From Ruminococcus flavefaciens (lineage in GTDB: Bacteria > Bacillota > Clostridia > Oscillospirales > Ruminococcaceae), in contig SVNH01000007.1 in the NCBI GenBank assembly GCA_015067005.1, positions 41,410 through 105,409 of the forward strand: DNA of 64,000 nt. Reading direction: 5' to 3'. Positions 47,276 to 54,283 of the stretch are shown here, one piece after another. A model generated the notes under the pieces. The model worked only from the letters and a program-made list of their open reading frames with translations. It ran no database searches and was not told where the DNA came from. Within the stretch, counting starts at the first letter, position 1; each line of letters begins with the position of its first letter. A program made the position numbers and the translations under genes.

Positions 47276-48055
47276 CTATTTGAGCCACATATCTGCAAGA
47301 GCGCAAAACATGGCGTTAGTTGTACGCGGACCGATAATGCCGTCGGCAGGACCGCAGTCGTAGCCGCGAGTGATAAGCGCGAGCTGAAGATCCTTAACGT
47401 CTGCGGAGTTGTCCGGACTGAACGTGCGCTTCGAGGGACTTCCGAAGCCGTTGTCTCCTGCGTCCCTGATTATTTGCGGATAATCGAGGTAACACTCATC
47501 GACATCAGTATCGCCGGATATGCCTGCAACACGCCCCTTGCCTGACTGCCACATACCGTAGTCGCCGCTGTACGCTGGTTTATCCACATCGTAGTTGGCA
47601 ACCCATATCGTGAAGCGTTTCTTGATATAGTCAGTCGTGTAGTTAGTCAGGAAGTATGAGGACATATACAGTCCGGCATAGTAGCCTGCATTTTCGAGTT
47701 CTGTAAGGAATGCGTTGATGATTGCGCTGACCTTCTCGCGTCCGAGAGCGAATACCTTCTGCTCCTCAACATCGAAGTAAATGGGGTACTCAAACTGCTT
47801 GCCCTTGAGTATCTCGATGCAGACAGCAGCTTCACGGCGAGCTTCATCCTCGCTCATCGCGTAGCTGTACCAGTATGCGCCGCAGGGAATTCCAGCTGAT
47901 TTTGCACCGGCATAATTCCTCTCGAACTTCTTATCCTTCTGGGATGCTTCCCTGCCGTATCCGGCACGAATTATCACGAAATCTGTGTTGACAGCAGACC
48001 AGTCAATGTCTCCCTGCCACTCAGAAACGTCGATACCATTTTTAGTCATTTTCAT
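47276..48055 (-). CDS. phage endolysin: GH25 muramidase + PG_binding_1 domain
   Basis: GIDVSEWQGDIDW..FVIIRAGYG (GH25). The C-terminal LQLALITRGYDCGPADGIIGPRTTNA is a peptidoglycan-binding repeat. The start is ATG 48055 or 48049, downstream of AGGAGG. Confidence 0.85.
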   Translation of the reverse strand: MKMTKNGIDVSEWQGDIDWSAVNTDFVIIRAGYGREASQKDKKFERNYAGAKSAGIPCGAYWYSYAMSEDEARREAAVCIEILKGKQFEYPIYFDVEEQKVFALGREKVSAIINAFLTELENAGYYAGLYMSSYFLTNYTTDYIKKRFTIWVANYDVDKPAYSGDYGMWQSGKGRVAGISGDTDVDECYLDYPQIIRDAGDNGFGSPSKRTFSPDNSADVKDLQLALITRGYDCGPADGIIGPRTTNAMFCALADMWLK

Positions 48056-48242
48056 TTTCCTCCTTTTTGGATTTGATTGTTTGCGTACCAAAATAGAAAC
48101 CGATTATCATCGTGTAAACTGACATAAAAATCTGCGGTTCTATTTCGCCGCATACTGCAAGATATGTAAAAGCGCCGGTCAGCGTGAATGTGACCAGCGT
48201 TTTTACGTCTATTAACTTAGCAAGCCTGTCCTTAATTTTCAT
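48042..48242 (-). CDS. holin (two TM helices, charged C-terminus)
   Basis: 66 aa: LVTFTLTGAFTYLAVCG and IFMSVYTMIIGFYFG helices, KSKKEENEND tail. It overlaps the endolysin start. Confidence 0.7.
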   Translation of the reverse strand: MKIKDRLAKLIDVKTLVTFTLTGAFTYLAVCGEIEPQIFMSVYTMIIGFYFGTQTIKSKKEENEND

Positions 48243-48450
48243 GTTCCAAGTCCTCCAATCTGTGGTTGATGACCTTGATCTGCTCCTCGACTACCGGCAG
48301 GCGCTGCGCGAAGTGATTGTGCTCCGCGACACGGTTTTCAAGCTGCTGCAAGCGGTAGTTCGTAAGCTTCGAGCTGACGAGGATACCGCCAAGCGAGCCT
48401 CCAAGAGTGCCGACAAGTGAAAGCATTGCGACTATGATGTTTGTGTCCAT
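48232..48450 (-). CDS. holin-like membrane protein (N-terminal TM + coiled coil; BhlA/UviB-like)
   Basis: 72 aa: IIVAMLSLVGTLGGSLGGILV TM helix followed by a heptad-rich segment. It overlaps the holin start. Confidence 0.55.
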   Translation of the reverse strand: MDTNIIVAMLSLVGTLGGSLGGILVSSKLTNYRLQQLENRVAEHNHFAQRLPVVEEQIKVINHRLEDLEHEN

Positions 48451-48467
48451 TACTTTGCCTCATTTCT

Positions 48468-49043
48468 TTATAAATCATTGTAAAAATAACGTTGCTGAAC
48501 TCCGTAGTGACGTACACCGTCTATTTCGATATAAGGTTTTACAACTGCACCAAGACCGTCTCCGCGGTTGTCATTAATCATAGATGTTACACTCATCGAA
48601 TTATCTAAGCCTATGTCTCCATCGCAGTTTTCGGTTGTTATTTCGGTATTGTATGGGAACGAGCGCGCTGCCAAAAAACCAGTTCTTGTAACAACTCCAC
48701 TACCACTATAATAACTTGTAGCTGTAAAGCGTATTCTATATGGATTATCAGTTTGTTTTTCGACTTCCGATATTTCTGCATATCCTACATACGCCATAAA
48801 TGTGCGGAGTAGCGTAATATCAGATGTGTTAGCAGCTATCTGAGCCACCTTCGCACTGTCGATTCCGCTGTTCACGGCAGCGAGCTGAAAAGTGGTGAGA
48901 GCGTCCTGCTTACTTTCGATTGCATCCACATTATCTTTCAGCGCTTCATCTATGGTGTCTGCGTTATCGTTGAGTTGCTCGATTAATATAGGATCATCTG
49001 TGCCGGGCTTAATCAGCCCATAATTAGTTGTCGATGTTGGCAT
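48468..49043 (-). CDS. phage tail fibre / receptor-binding-like protein
   Basis: The N-terminal TTNYGLIKPGTDDPI motif is common at phage fibre N-termini. It sits between the tail endopeptidase-like gene and the lysis cassette. Confidence 0.45.
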   Translation of the reverse strand: MPTSTTNYGLIKPGTDDPILIEQLNDNADTIDEALKDNVDAIESKQDALTTFQLAAVNSGIDSAKVAQIAANTSDITLLRTFMAYVGYAEISEVEKQTDNPYRIRFTATSYYSGSGVVTRTGFLAARSFPYNTEITTENCDGDIGLDNSMSVTSMINDNRGDGLGAVVKPYIEIDGVRHYGVQQRYFYNDL

Positions 49044-50328
49044 ATTTCTGCACATCCTTCCATGTGTATTTTGCTACCTCTCCCCACTTATAGGCGGCAG
49101 CTCCACCCCAAGTTCTGAGCGCTCGGAGCGTCATATCACTGAGCTGTGTGTTGATAGCAATGATTTCTTTGTCAGCAGGAGTATCTCCGCTGCTGACTGT
49201 TTCAGACATAAACGTTCTGCGTGTGATCGCGCCCTTGAAACTGCCGATCTGGATCTCCATAGTCCTTTGAGCGACAGCGTCAAAGCGCTTGCTGATGATT
49301 TCGAGGTTCGAGTAGTAGATGTCAAGGTCGCTATGATACACCGTTATCCTATCGCCTACCTCAAAGCTGTCGAGATCTATATACTGCCTGTACTTTTCGA
49401 GGTCTGACAGGTTAGCAAAGCGCACTGTAATGTTGATTTTTGACTGCTTGTGCTCATCGAAATAGGCTTGTGCATCCGCATGGAACTGCTGCACATTTTT
49501 TGTGTCATAGTTAAATCGTGCATATCCGTAGATGTGATGCGGTATAGCCTGCGTTGGAACATCAGGATTGCTGATCGTGTAGGTATTTCCGAAGTTGTCC
49601 TCTGCTTTCAGAATTGTTATCAGCTGCGAGTCATCTTCCTCGAATTCAATTTCCGTCATGTTGTAGCTGTACATGATAACACCGGATTTTCGGCAGTTCT
49701 CCATTTCTGAATTCAACGAAAAATAGTTGCCGTGCCGGTATAGCCTTCCGCCCCAGCGATTGACAAATGCTTGATCTACGCCAAGCAGTGCAGATACTAC
49801 ATTGCAGTTCTGATAGTACGCAGTTGCTGTCTTGACGATGTCTGAAGAGTACGTGAAATCGTTTGAAAAACTGCCGTACCAGCCGTGAGAGAAAAGCCAG
49901 TCCAGTGCCGCTTGCCCTTTTAGTGCTGTCGGGCGGCAGTCCTGTATAAGATAGCGTGAAATGTCGTAGAATCGGTGCTGTGCTATTGCTGTGATACGAT
50001 AGTTTCCGTAACTATCCATTTTTCGCGTTACCTGACGGACACGAAATTCCTCGTTTATCAACTCACCGTGATAGTGTATAGGAATTTTGACTTGCGCCTG
50101 CTTTTTCAAATAGCTGAACTTTTGATACTTGTCGCAGTATGTCTCGAAGGTTGCCTCATATGTACCGTTTTCTTCGTGATAGACCTCACAGCTGATAGGT
50201 TCGAGGATAGCGTATCCGTTGCCGGACATCTGCTTGTCACGGCTGTCGTATACGTGTATCATAGGGCGCGGAGGCTGTAATTCCATTGTCGGCGGCTGCA
50301 TTTTCGGAATTAATGGACTGTATATCAT
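49024..50328 (-). CDS. siphovirus tail endopeptidase / minor structural protein (Prophage_tail-like); 5' end uncertain
   Basis: MIHVYDSRDKQ..GYAILEPISCEVYHEENGTYEATFE.. matches the usual N-terminus of tail-associated lysins. None of the three candidate ATGs (50328, 50286, 50262) has an SD, which fits a deletion junction just upstream. Confidence 0.6.
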   Translation of the reverse strand: MIYSPLIPKMQPPTMELQPPRPMIHVYDSRDKQMSGNGYAILEPISCEVYHEENGTYEATFETYCDKYQKFSYLKKQAQVKIPIHYHGELINEEFRVRQVTRKMDSYGNYRITAIAQHRFYDISRYLIQDCRPTALKGQAALDWLFSHGWYGSFSNDFTYSSDIVKTATAYYQNCNVVSALLGVDQAFVNRWGGRLYRHGNYFSLNSEMENCRKSGVIMYSYNMTEIEFEEDDSQLITILKAEDNFGNTYTISNPDVPTQAIPHHIYGYARFNYDTKNVQQFHADAQAYFDEHKQSKINITVRFANLSDLEKYRQYIDLDSFEVGDRITVYHSDLDIYYSNLEIISKRFDAVAQRTMEIQIGSFKGAITRRTFMSETVSSGDTPADKEIIAINTQLSDMTLRALRTWGGAAAYKWGEVAKYTWKDVQKYANIDN

Positions 50329-50348
50329 GCCGTTATTAGTTACGCCGT

Positions 50349-50519
50349 CTACACGCCAGAGGATGTCTGGATAGCGTCAAGCTGCTTGATCTCAGCTTCG
50401 ATTTCGTCAAACTTCTTTGTCTCCTCATCGGTAAATGCTCTGTTCTCGGTCTTGACCGCTTCCAGCATGGAATTGAGGAGAGCCACAAGTCCGGCTCTTC
50501 TTTCGATAAAATTTTTCAT
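50349..50519 (-). pseudogene. 5' fragment (delta-domain only) of an HK97-fold major capsid gene
   Basis: MKNFIERRAGLVALLNSMLEAVKTENRAFTDEETKKFDEIEAEIKQLDAI is the typical capsid N-terminal coiled coil. The ORF stops after 56 codons, 20 nt before the tail gene. GGAGG SD upstream of ATG 50519. Confidence 0.7.
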
Positions 50520-50556
50520 TATTTTTTCCTCCATTTCGTTATTTGGATATAAAAAT

Positions 50557-50594
50557 AGCGCCTGCGACCGACATTCTTGTCGGTTGCAAACGCT
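50557..50594 (-). terminator. conserved long hairpin plus U-run immediately upstream of the capsid fragment
   Basis: Minus strand: AGCGTTTGCAACCGAC-AAGAAT-GTCGGTCGCAGGCGCT-ATTTTTATA. It is homologous at the stem base to 51998-52033. Confidence 0.55.
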
Positions 50595-50610
50595 TTTTAA
50601 CGTATTAGGT

Positions 50611-50664
50611 GTGCAGTTGACTGCACAGATGGGTATAAGAAAACCGCCTAATTACTTAGACGGT
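50611..50664 (-). repeat. 54-nt repeat, copy 1 (terminator hairpin + 18-bp palindrome)
   Basis: 53/54 identical to 56009-56062. Minus strand: ACCGTCTAAGTAATTAGGCGGT-TTTCTTATACCCAT-C-TGTGCAGTCAACTGCACA. Confidence 0.9.
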
Positions 50665-50856
50665 TTAATCGTTATTCGATTCGCCCCATGTGCTTACATG
50701 ATCCTTGCACTTTTTGCATATTTCCTTGTAGTTAGGCTTGACCTTGAATTCGTTGGGAATATACGACTCGTTCCCGAACATCTCATCAACAACATCGGTT
50801 ATTACAAGGCAATCACCCGGTTCAATTTCATCATCAATAAGTGGGCATTTGGCCAT
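50665..50856 (-). CDS. small Cys-containing protein, immunity-like partner of cassette 2
   Basis: 63 aa. AAGGAG SD 8 nt upstream of the ATG. It starts 5 nt after the stop of the 50862-51386 ORF and is followed directly by 54-nt repeat copy 1. Confidence 0.5.
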   Translation of the reverse strand: MAKCPLIDDEIEPGDCLVITDVVDEMFGNESYIPNEFKVKPNYKEICKKCKDHVSTWGESNND

Positions 50857-50861
50857 TTATA

Positions 50862-51386
50862 TCACTCCTTTTCCTTCAAGTGCTTATTTACAGTATCGAG
50901 TATCCTATCAGTTCCGGGGTTAAACTCTTTTTTTGGGAATGATGTTCTTATGAGATTTTTGGTAATATTAACATACGTTGCACCTTTATCACCATAATAG
51001 TTCTCAAACTCTTCGCCTTCTATAACTTTCGTTACAGAAATTTTCGCGTTTTTTATATACTGTCTTGCACTTTTGAGATTGACATCATGGTTTTCGTCCA
51101 TTATATGCTTTTTATCAAAGCCAAGACTATCCACGTCGATCTCTCTTGGCGGTATATGAATCTCGCCATTGAAATTTGTTGACTTGAAATCAGCTATAAT
51201 CTCTTCCTTATGTTCAATTATAGCATCTTTTTCGGATTTGTCAACCTTTTTCTTAGTCTTTGCACCGCCGTTGCTGTAAAGGCGCGGAGTTTTGCCGCCT
51301 GCTCCTCTGGAAGAACCTCCGCCTTCATCACCGATCAGGATATGCCGTCCATTTCTGGTGATCCATCCGCGAAGTTCAATTGCCCT
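50862..51386 (-). CDS. effector-like ORF (cassette 2) with no start codon of its own, in frame with the protease TGA
   Basis: Manual translation from the codon after TGA 51387-51389: RAIELRGWITRNGRHILIGDEGGGSSRGAGGKT...KKKVDKSEKDAII...GFDKKHIMDENHDV...IRTSFPKKEF..*. The first ATG/GTG/TTG is only at 51134. The N-terminal 45 aa are paralogous to 56292-56840. Confidence 0.5.
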   Translation of the reverse strand, partial: RAIELRGWITRNGRHILIGDEGGGSSRGAGGKTPRLYSNGGAKTKKKVDKSEKDAIIEHKEEIIADFKSTNFNGEIHIPPREIDVDSLGFDKKHIMDENHDVNLKSARQYIKNAKISVTKVIEGEEFENYYGDKGATYVNITKNLIRTSFPKKEFNPGTDRILDTVNKHLKEKE

Positions 51387-51968
51387 TCACTCGTAATCGA
51401 GCATTTTCAGCCTGTTCTCATACTCGGTATAGTCAGGCTTGTTCTCAATATAGAGTTCCGGCTCGATGTCAAGTCCGCGCTGTTCGATGTCAATATCTTC
51501 TCCGGCTCTGCACTCAACTGAGGTCGCTGCATAACACGGGACCTTATCCTTTATGAGAGACACATGGTCAAGCAGGAAGCCCTTTACATGGCGTATCGGT
51601 AATTCATCAGTGCCTCTGCTTTCCATTTCATCCTGTACGTTGTACATTCCGAACGACCAGCCTCTCAGCTTACCCTTACGCGCCATCTCTATTACCGTTT
51701 CGTCTGTGATAAGAGTCTCGGCATGAAGACCGATAGCATCCTCTCTAAGAGTAAGTGTATTATCTCTTGTGCTCGCATAGGCGTGTCCCTTGTCATGGTC
51801 AAGAGTTACCGTTACTTCTCCGCTGTTCTTGATCGCCTCAGAAAAGGCTCTTTCCTCGATAGTTTCAATGACCTTTCCTCGCGGCGTTATTACAGGGCGT
51901 GAACGCTTTCCGGTAACGTTTACGTATCCGCTGATATGCAGACCGTCCGCTCTTACTTCGATTTTCAT
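51387..51968 (-). CDS. HK97-family prohead protease (S78)
   Basis: MKIEVRADGLHISGYVNVTGKRSRPV...VTLDHDKGHAYAST..LREDAIGLHAE. The start is set at ATG 51968 with a GGAAGTGA SD. Confidence 0.75.
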   Translation of the reverse strand: MKIEVRADGLHISGYVNVTGKRSRPVITPRGKVIETIEERAFSEAIKNSGEVTVTLDHDKGHAYASTRDNTLTLREDAIGLHAETLITDETVIEMARKGKLRGWSFGMYNVQDEMESRGTDELPIRHVKGFLLDHVSLIKDKVPCYAATSVECRAGEDIDIEQRGLDIEPELYIENKPDYTEYENRLKMLDYE

Positions 51969-51997
51969 TCTTTCACTTCCTTTTAGGTATAAAAATA

Positions 51998-52033
51998 GCA
52001 CTTGCAACTTAGTTTCAAACTTGTTGCAAATGC
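51998..52033 (-). terminator. conserved hairpin plus U-run immediately upstream of the protease gene
   Basis: Minus strand: AGCATTTGCAAC...GTTGCAAGTGCT-ATTTTTATAC. It shares the stem base and tail with 50557-50594. Confidence 0.5.
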
Positions 52034-52045
52034 TTGTAAGCGGTA

Positions 52046-52279
52046 TTAAAGATCGATGCGAGCCAGTTCAGCACGAAGCTCCAGTATGTGAAGATATTCG
52101 CCCATAACGGTCTGCTGCTTTTTCAGAAGCGCCCTGCTGTACATATCTTCCGGCTCTTCTGCAACGTCTTTGAGCAGATAGGCTTCAACTTCCTGCTTGT
52201 TATTATAGACTTTCAGTTTCTCATATCGTTCCTTTGTCTGAGCGTACTCAGCTTTCAGCCTGTCCTTCCAGTCATCCAT
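52046..52279 (-). CDS. small conserved phage protein (crAss001_48-like helical protein)
   Basis: MDDWKDRLKAEYAQTKERYEKLKVY...LLKKQQTVMGEYLHILELRAEL. GGAGGTGA SD upstream of ATG 52279. Confidence 0.5.
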   Translation of the reverse strand: MDDWKDRLKAEYAQTKERYEKLKVYNNKQEVEAYLLKDVAEEPEDMYSRALLKKQQTVMGEYLHILELRAELARIDL

Positions 52280-52303
52280 TCCCTCACCTCCTTCAAATGG
52301 GCA

Positions 52304-52332
52304 TAAAAAAACCGCCCTCATTGAGAACGGTT
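52304..52332 (-). terminator. intrinsic terminator ending cassette 3
   Basis: Minus strand: AACCGTTCTC-AAT-GAGGGCGGTT (two G-U pairs) followed by TTTTTTATG. It abuts the stop of 52332-52526. Confidence 0.55.
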
Positions 52333-52526
52333 TAATTAATTATTTCGAGACTTTTTATTTCAGATTGAAGATAATATTGACCATTTGTTAAGCCAATGAT
52401 AGGCTCATCGTATCCACTGTCATCCTCTGTCTCATATAAATCAGCGACAGCAATAATTTCATTATCATCACTATCGACAAGCTTAACCTTTTTGCCCAAT
52501 GCATCATATAAGCTAACCATGTTCAA
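52332..52526 (-). CDS. small acidic protein, immunity-like partner of the portal-borne toxin domain (cassette 3)
   Basis: 64 aa. The ATG overlaps the portal stop by 4 nt (ATGA). Confidence 0.5.
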   Translation of the reverse strand: MNMVSLYDALGKKVKLVDSDDNEIIAVADLYETEDDSGYDEPIIGLTNGQYYLQSEIKSLEIIN

Positions 52527-54277
52527 TCTCCTTCAATAGGTGCCGACGGAACTAAATGAGTCCCTTTTTTTGAATAATGAATGGTTGCGCGATGTGTAGG
52601 AATATATTTTCCTGTTCTCAAATCACCAAACATTCCGATATTTTCTTTTAGCGAAATAGTCTCTCTAAATTGTCCATCTTGTCCTTTACGGACTTTGCCA
52701 GTGAGTGAATAAGTATTAATAATTTTTTGAATTTCCATATTGCTCATTTCAGTATAGCTTGGCATTCTCCCTTCAGCTATACGCTTCAAATACTCAGCCG
52801 AGTCTTTCTTATGAGCTAATTGAGCTTTTTTATCAAGCTTTGTGACAATTTTACCGTCAGCAATAGCCTTTTCAAGTTCTTTTTTATTCTTTTCAAAGTC
52901 AATTATATCACTTTTCTCAGTTTTGTCAACCTTTTTCGCTGATTTTCCGCCGCTTTTTGAACTGTCTCCGGACTTGCCGCCGTTATTGCCGCCGGTGCTG
53001 CCGTTCATTTTGCCGTTTGGAAGCTGTATGTACTCCCTGAGTTCCATACCGTCTGCTCTCTCTTCGCCTGTTTTCAGATTCTTAGTCTGTCCTGTATTCG
53101 GCGTGAATACGTCCATTGTCTCGGGATTGAGGAGAACATCCTGCAAGCCAAGCTTAATGAAGTTGAAGCCGAGCGGTTCATAGTCCTCTTCGCGGCGTAT
53201 TTCATCCACCTGAAGAATGTTATTCCGGACAGCGATCTCGTAAGCATCATAACGTTCCTTTAAGCTGCCGCGTGTGAGTTCCTTCGTGTCGAATGCCCAG
53301 TAGTACCCCTGCTCCTTCTCGGATTCCAGCAAAAGAACGTTGTCGAGCTCAGTCTCGATCTGATTGATTATTGATATTACTGCCGCTATAAACTTCTTGT
53401 TATCGTCCTCGGTAGCTCCGCCGTCAATGACCGTGTGAGGGAAGCCAAACAGCTTACAGATCTCGATGCTGTTGGTCTTCTTGTTCTCGTTCATCTGGAG
53501 TTCTGCCGCCGTTGATGATATAGCCTCGAAGTCTATTCCGTCATTGAGCACAAGTATTTTCTCCCGATTGTCCTCATTGTCGTATACCCGCGCATATCCT
53601 TCCTTGATAGATGCAATAGCAGCGTCCGAGAGACGGTTCTTCGACTTCAAAAAGCCGGGCTTACATCCGCCGTTGGAGTTCATCATGTTCTCAAGTTTCA
53701 GAGAGTTCCACGCTGCGGACAGTATCGCGGAAGCTTCCTTCTGCAACGGTATATTGGTATAGCCGTCTCTGGTCTTTCTCAGGAGCTTAATGAACTGAAA
53801 ATCATAGTAAGTGACCGCATTTATCTGCACACGAAACGCCTTGAAGATAGGATCCTGATTACACAGATAACTCACATTGGTGCTGTCGACATAATTCAGG
53901 CTTTTTGTATTCAAACCGTCACTGTTGACGTATATCCATGCACCGCCGCCGAGGTAATAGTCCTCGATAGCCGCCTTCCACATATCTACTGTGCTGAGTG
54001 TATCGCCGGTATTGCCGTTGAGCAGCTTAATACGCGGATCATCGTATATTTCGGTGACCTCTTCCTCGTCACGCTTGTATAGCTTCACCGGAAGCTGCGA
54101 AATCGTATCACCTATCTTGTTGATACAAGCAGATACAGTCGGTATGCTTATCGCTGCCTCTCTGGTGAGTTCTCCAGTAATACCGAAGAATGTCAGTATT
54201 GATGTCTCAGCTCCTGACGGAGTATCCGCTCTTATTTCCTGCTTCTTTTTCCTTCTGAAAAGTCCTATTTTGAACAC
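52523..54277 (-). CDS. phage portal protein (HK97-type) fused to a C-terminal polymorphic-toxin-type-50-like domain
   Basis: Residues 1-405 are portal-like (IPTVSACINKIGDTISQLPVKLY...). Residues 411-460 are the shared linker ELREYIQLPNGKMNGSTGGNNGGKSG..KKVDKTEKSDII. Residues ~484-580, QLAHKKDSAEY...LTGKV..G..RE.I....IG......T....IHYSKKGTHLVPSAP, match my recollection of Ntox50 domains at MuF C-termini. GTG start. Confidence 0.7.
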   Translation of the reverse strand: MFKIGLFRRKKKQEIRADTPSGAETSILTFFGITGELTREAAISIPTVSACINKIGDTISQLPVKLYKRDEEEVTEIYDDPRIKLLNGNTGDTLSTVDMWKAAIEDYYLGGGAWIYVNSDGLNTKSLNYVDSTNVSYLCNQDPIFKAFRVQINAVTYYDFQFIKLLRKTRDGYTNIPLQKEASAILSAAWNSLKLENMMNSNGGCKPGFLKSKNRLSDAAIASIKEGYARVYDNEDNREKILVLNDGIDFEAISSTAAELQMNENKKTNSIEICKLFGFPHTVIDGGATEDDNKKFIAAVISIINQIETELDNVLLLESEKEQGYYWAFDTKELTRGSLKERYDAYEIAVRNNILQVDEIRREEDYEPLGFNFIKLGLQDVLLNPETMDVFTPNTGQTKNLKTGEERADGMELREYIQLPNGKMNGSTGGNNGGKSGDSSKSGGKSAKKVDKTEKSDIIDFEKNKKELEKAIADGKIVTKLDKKAQLAHKKDSAEYLKRIAEGRMPSYTEMSNMEIQKIINTYSLTGKVRKGQDGQFRETISLKENIGMFGDLRTGKYIPTHRATIHYSKKGTHLVPSAPIEGD

Positions 54278-54283
54278 TTCCTT

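Noticed and set aside
50386-50997. Plus-strand ORFs 50386-50997 and 55778-56095, which share the peptide VQLTAQMGIRKPPNYLDG.
   Set aside because: The shared peptide is simply the 54-nt DNA repeat read on the wrong strand. Both ORFs are antisense to well-supported phage genes.
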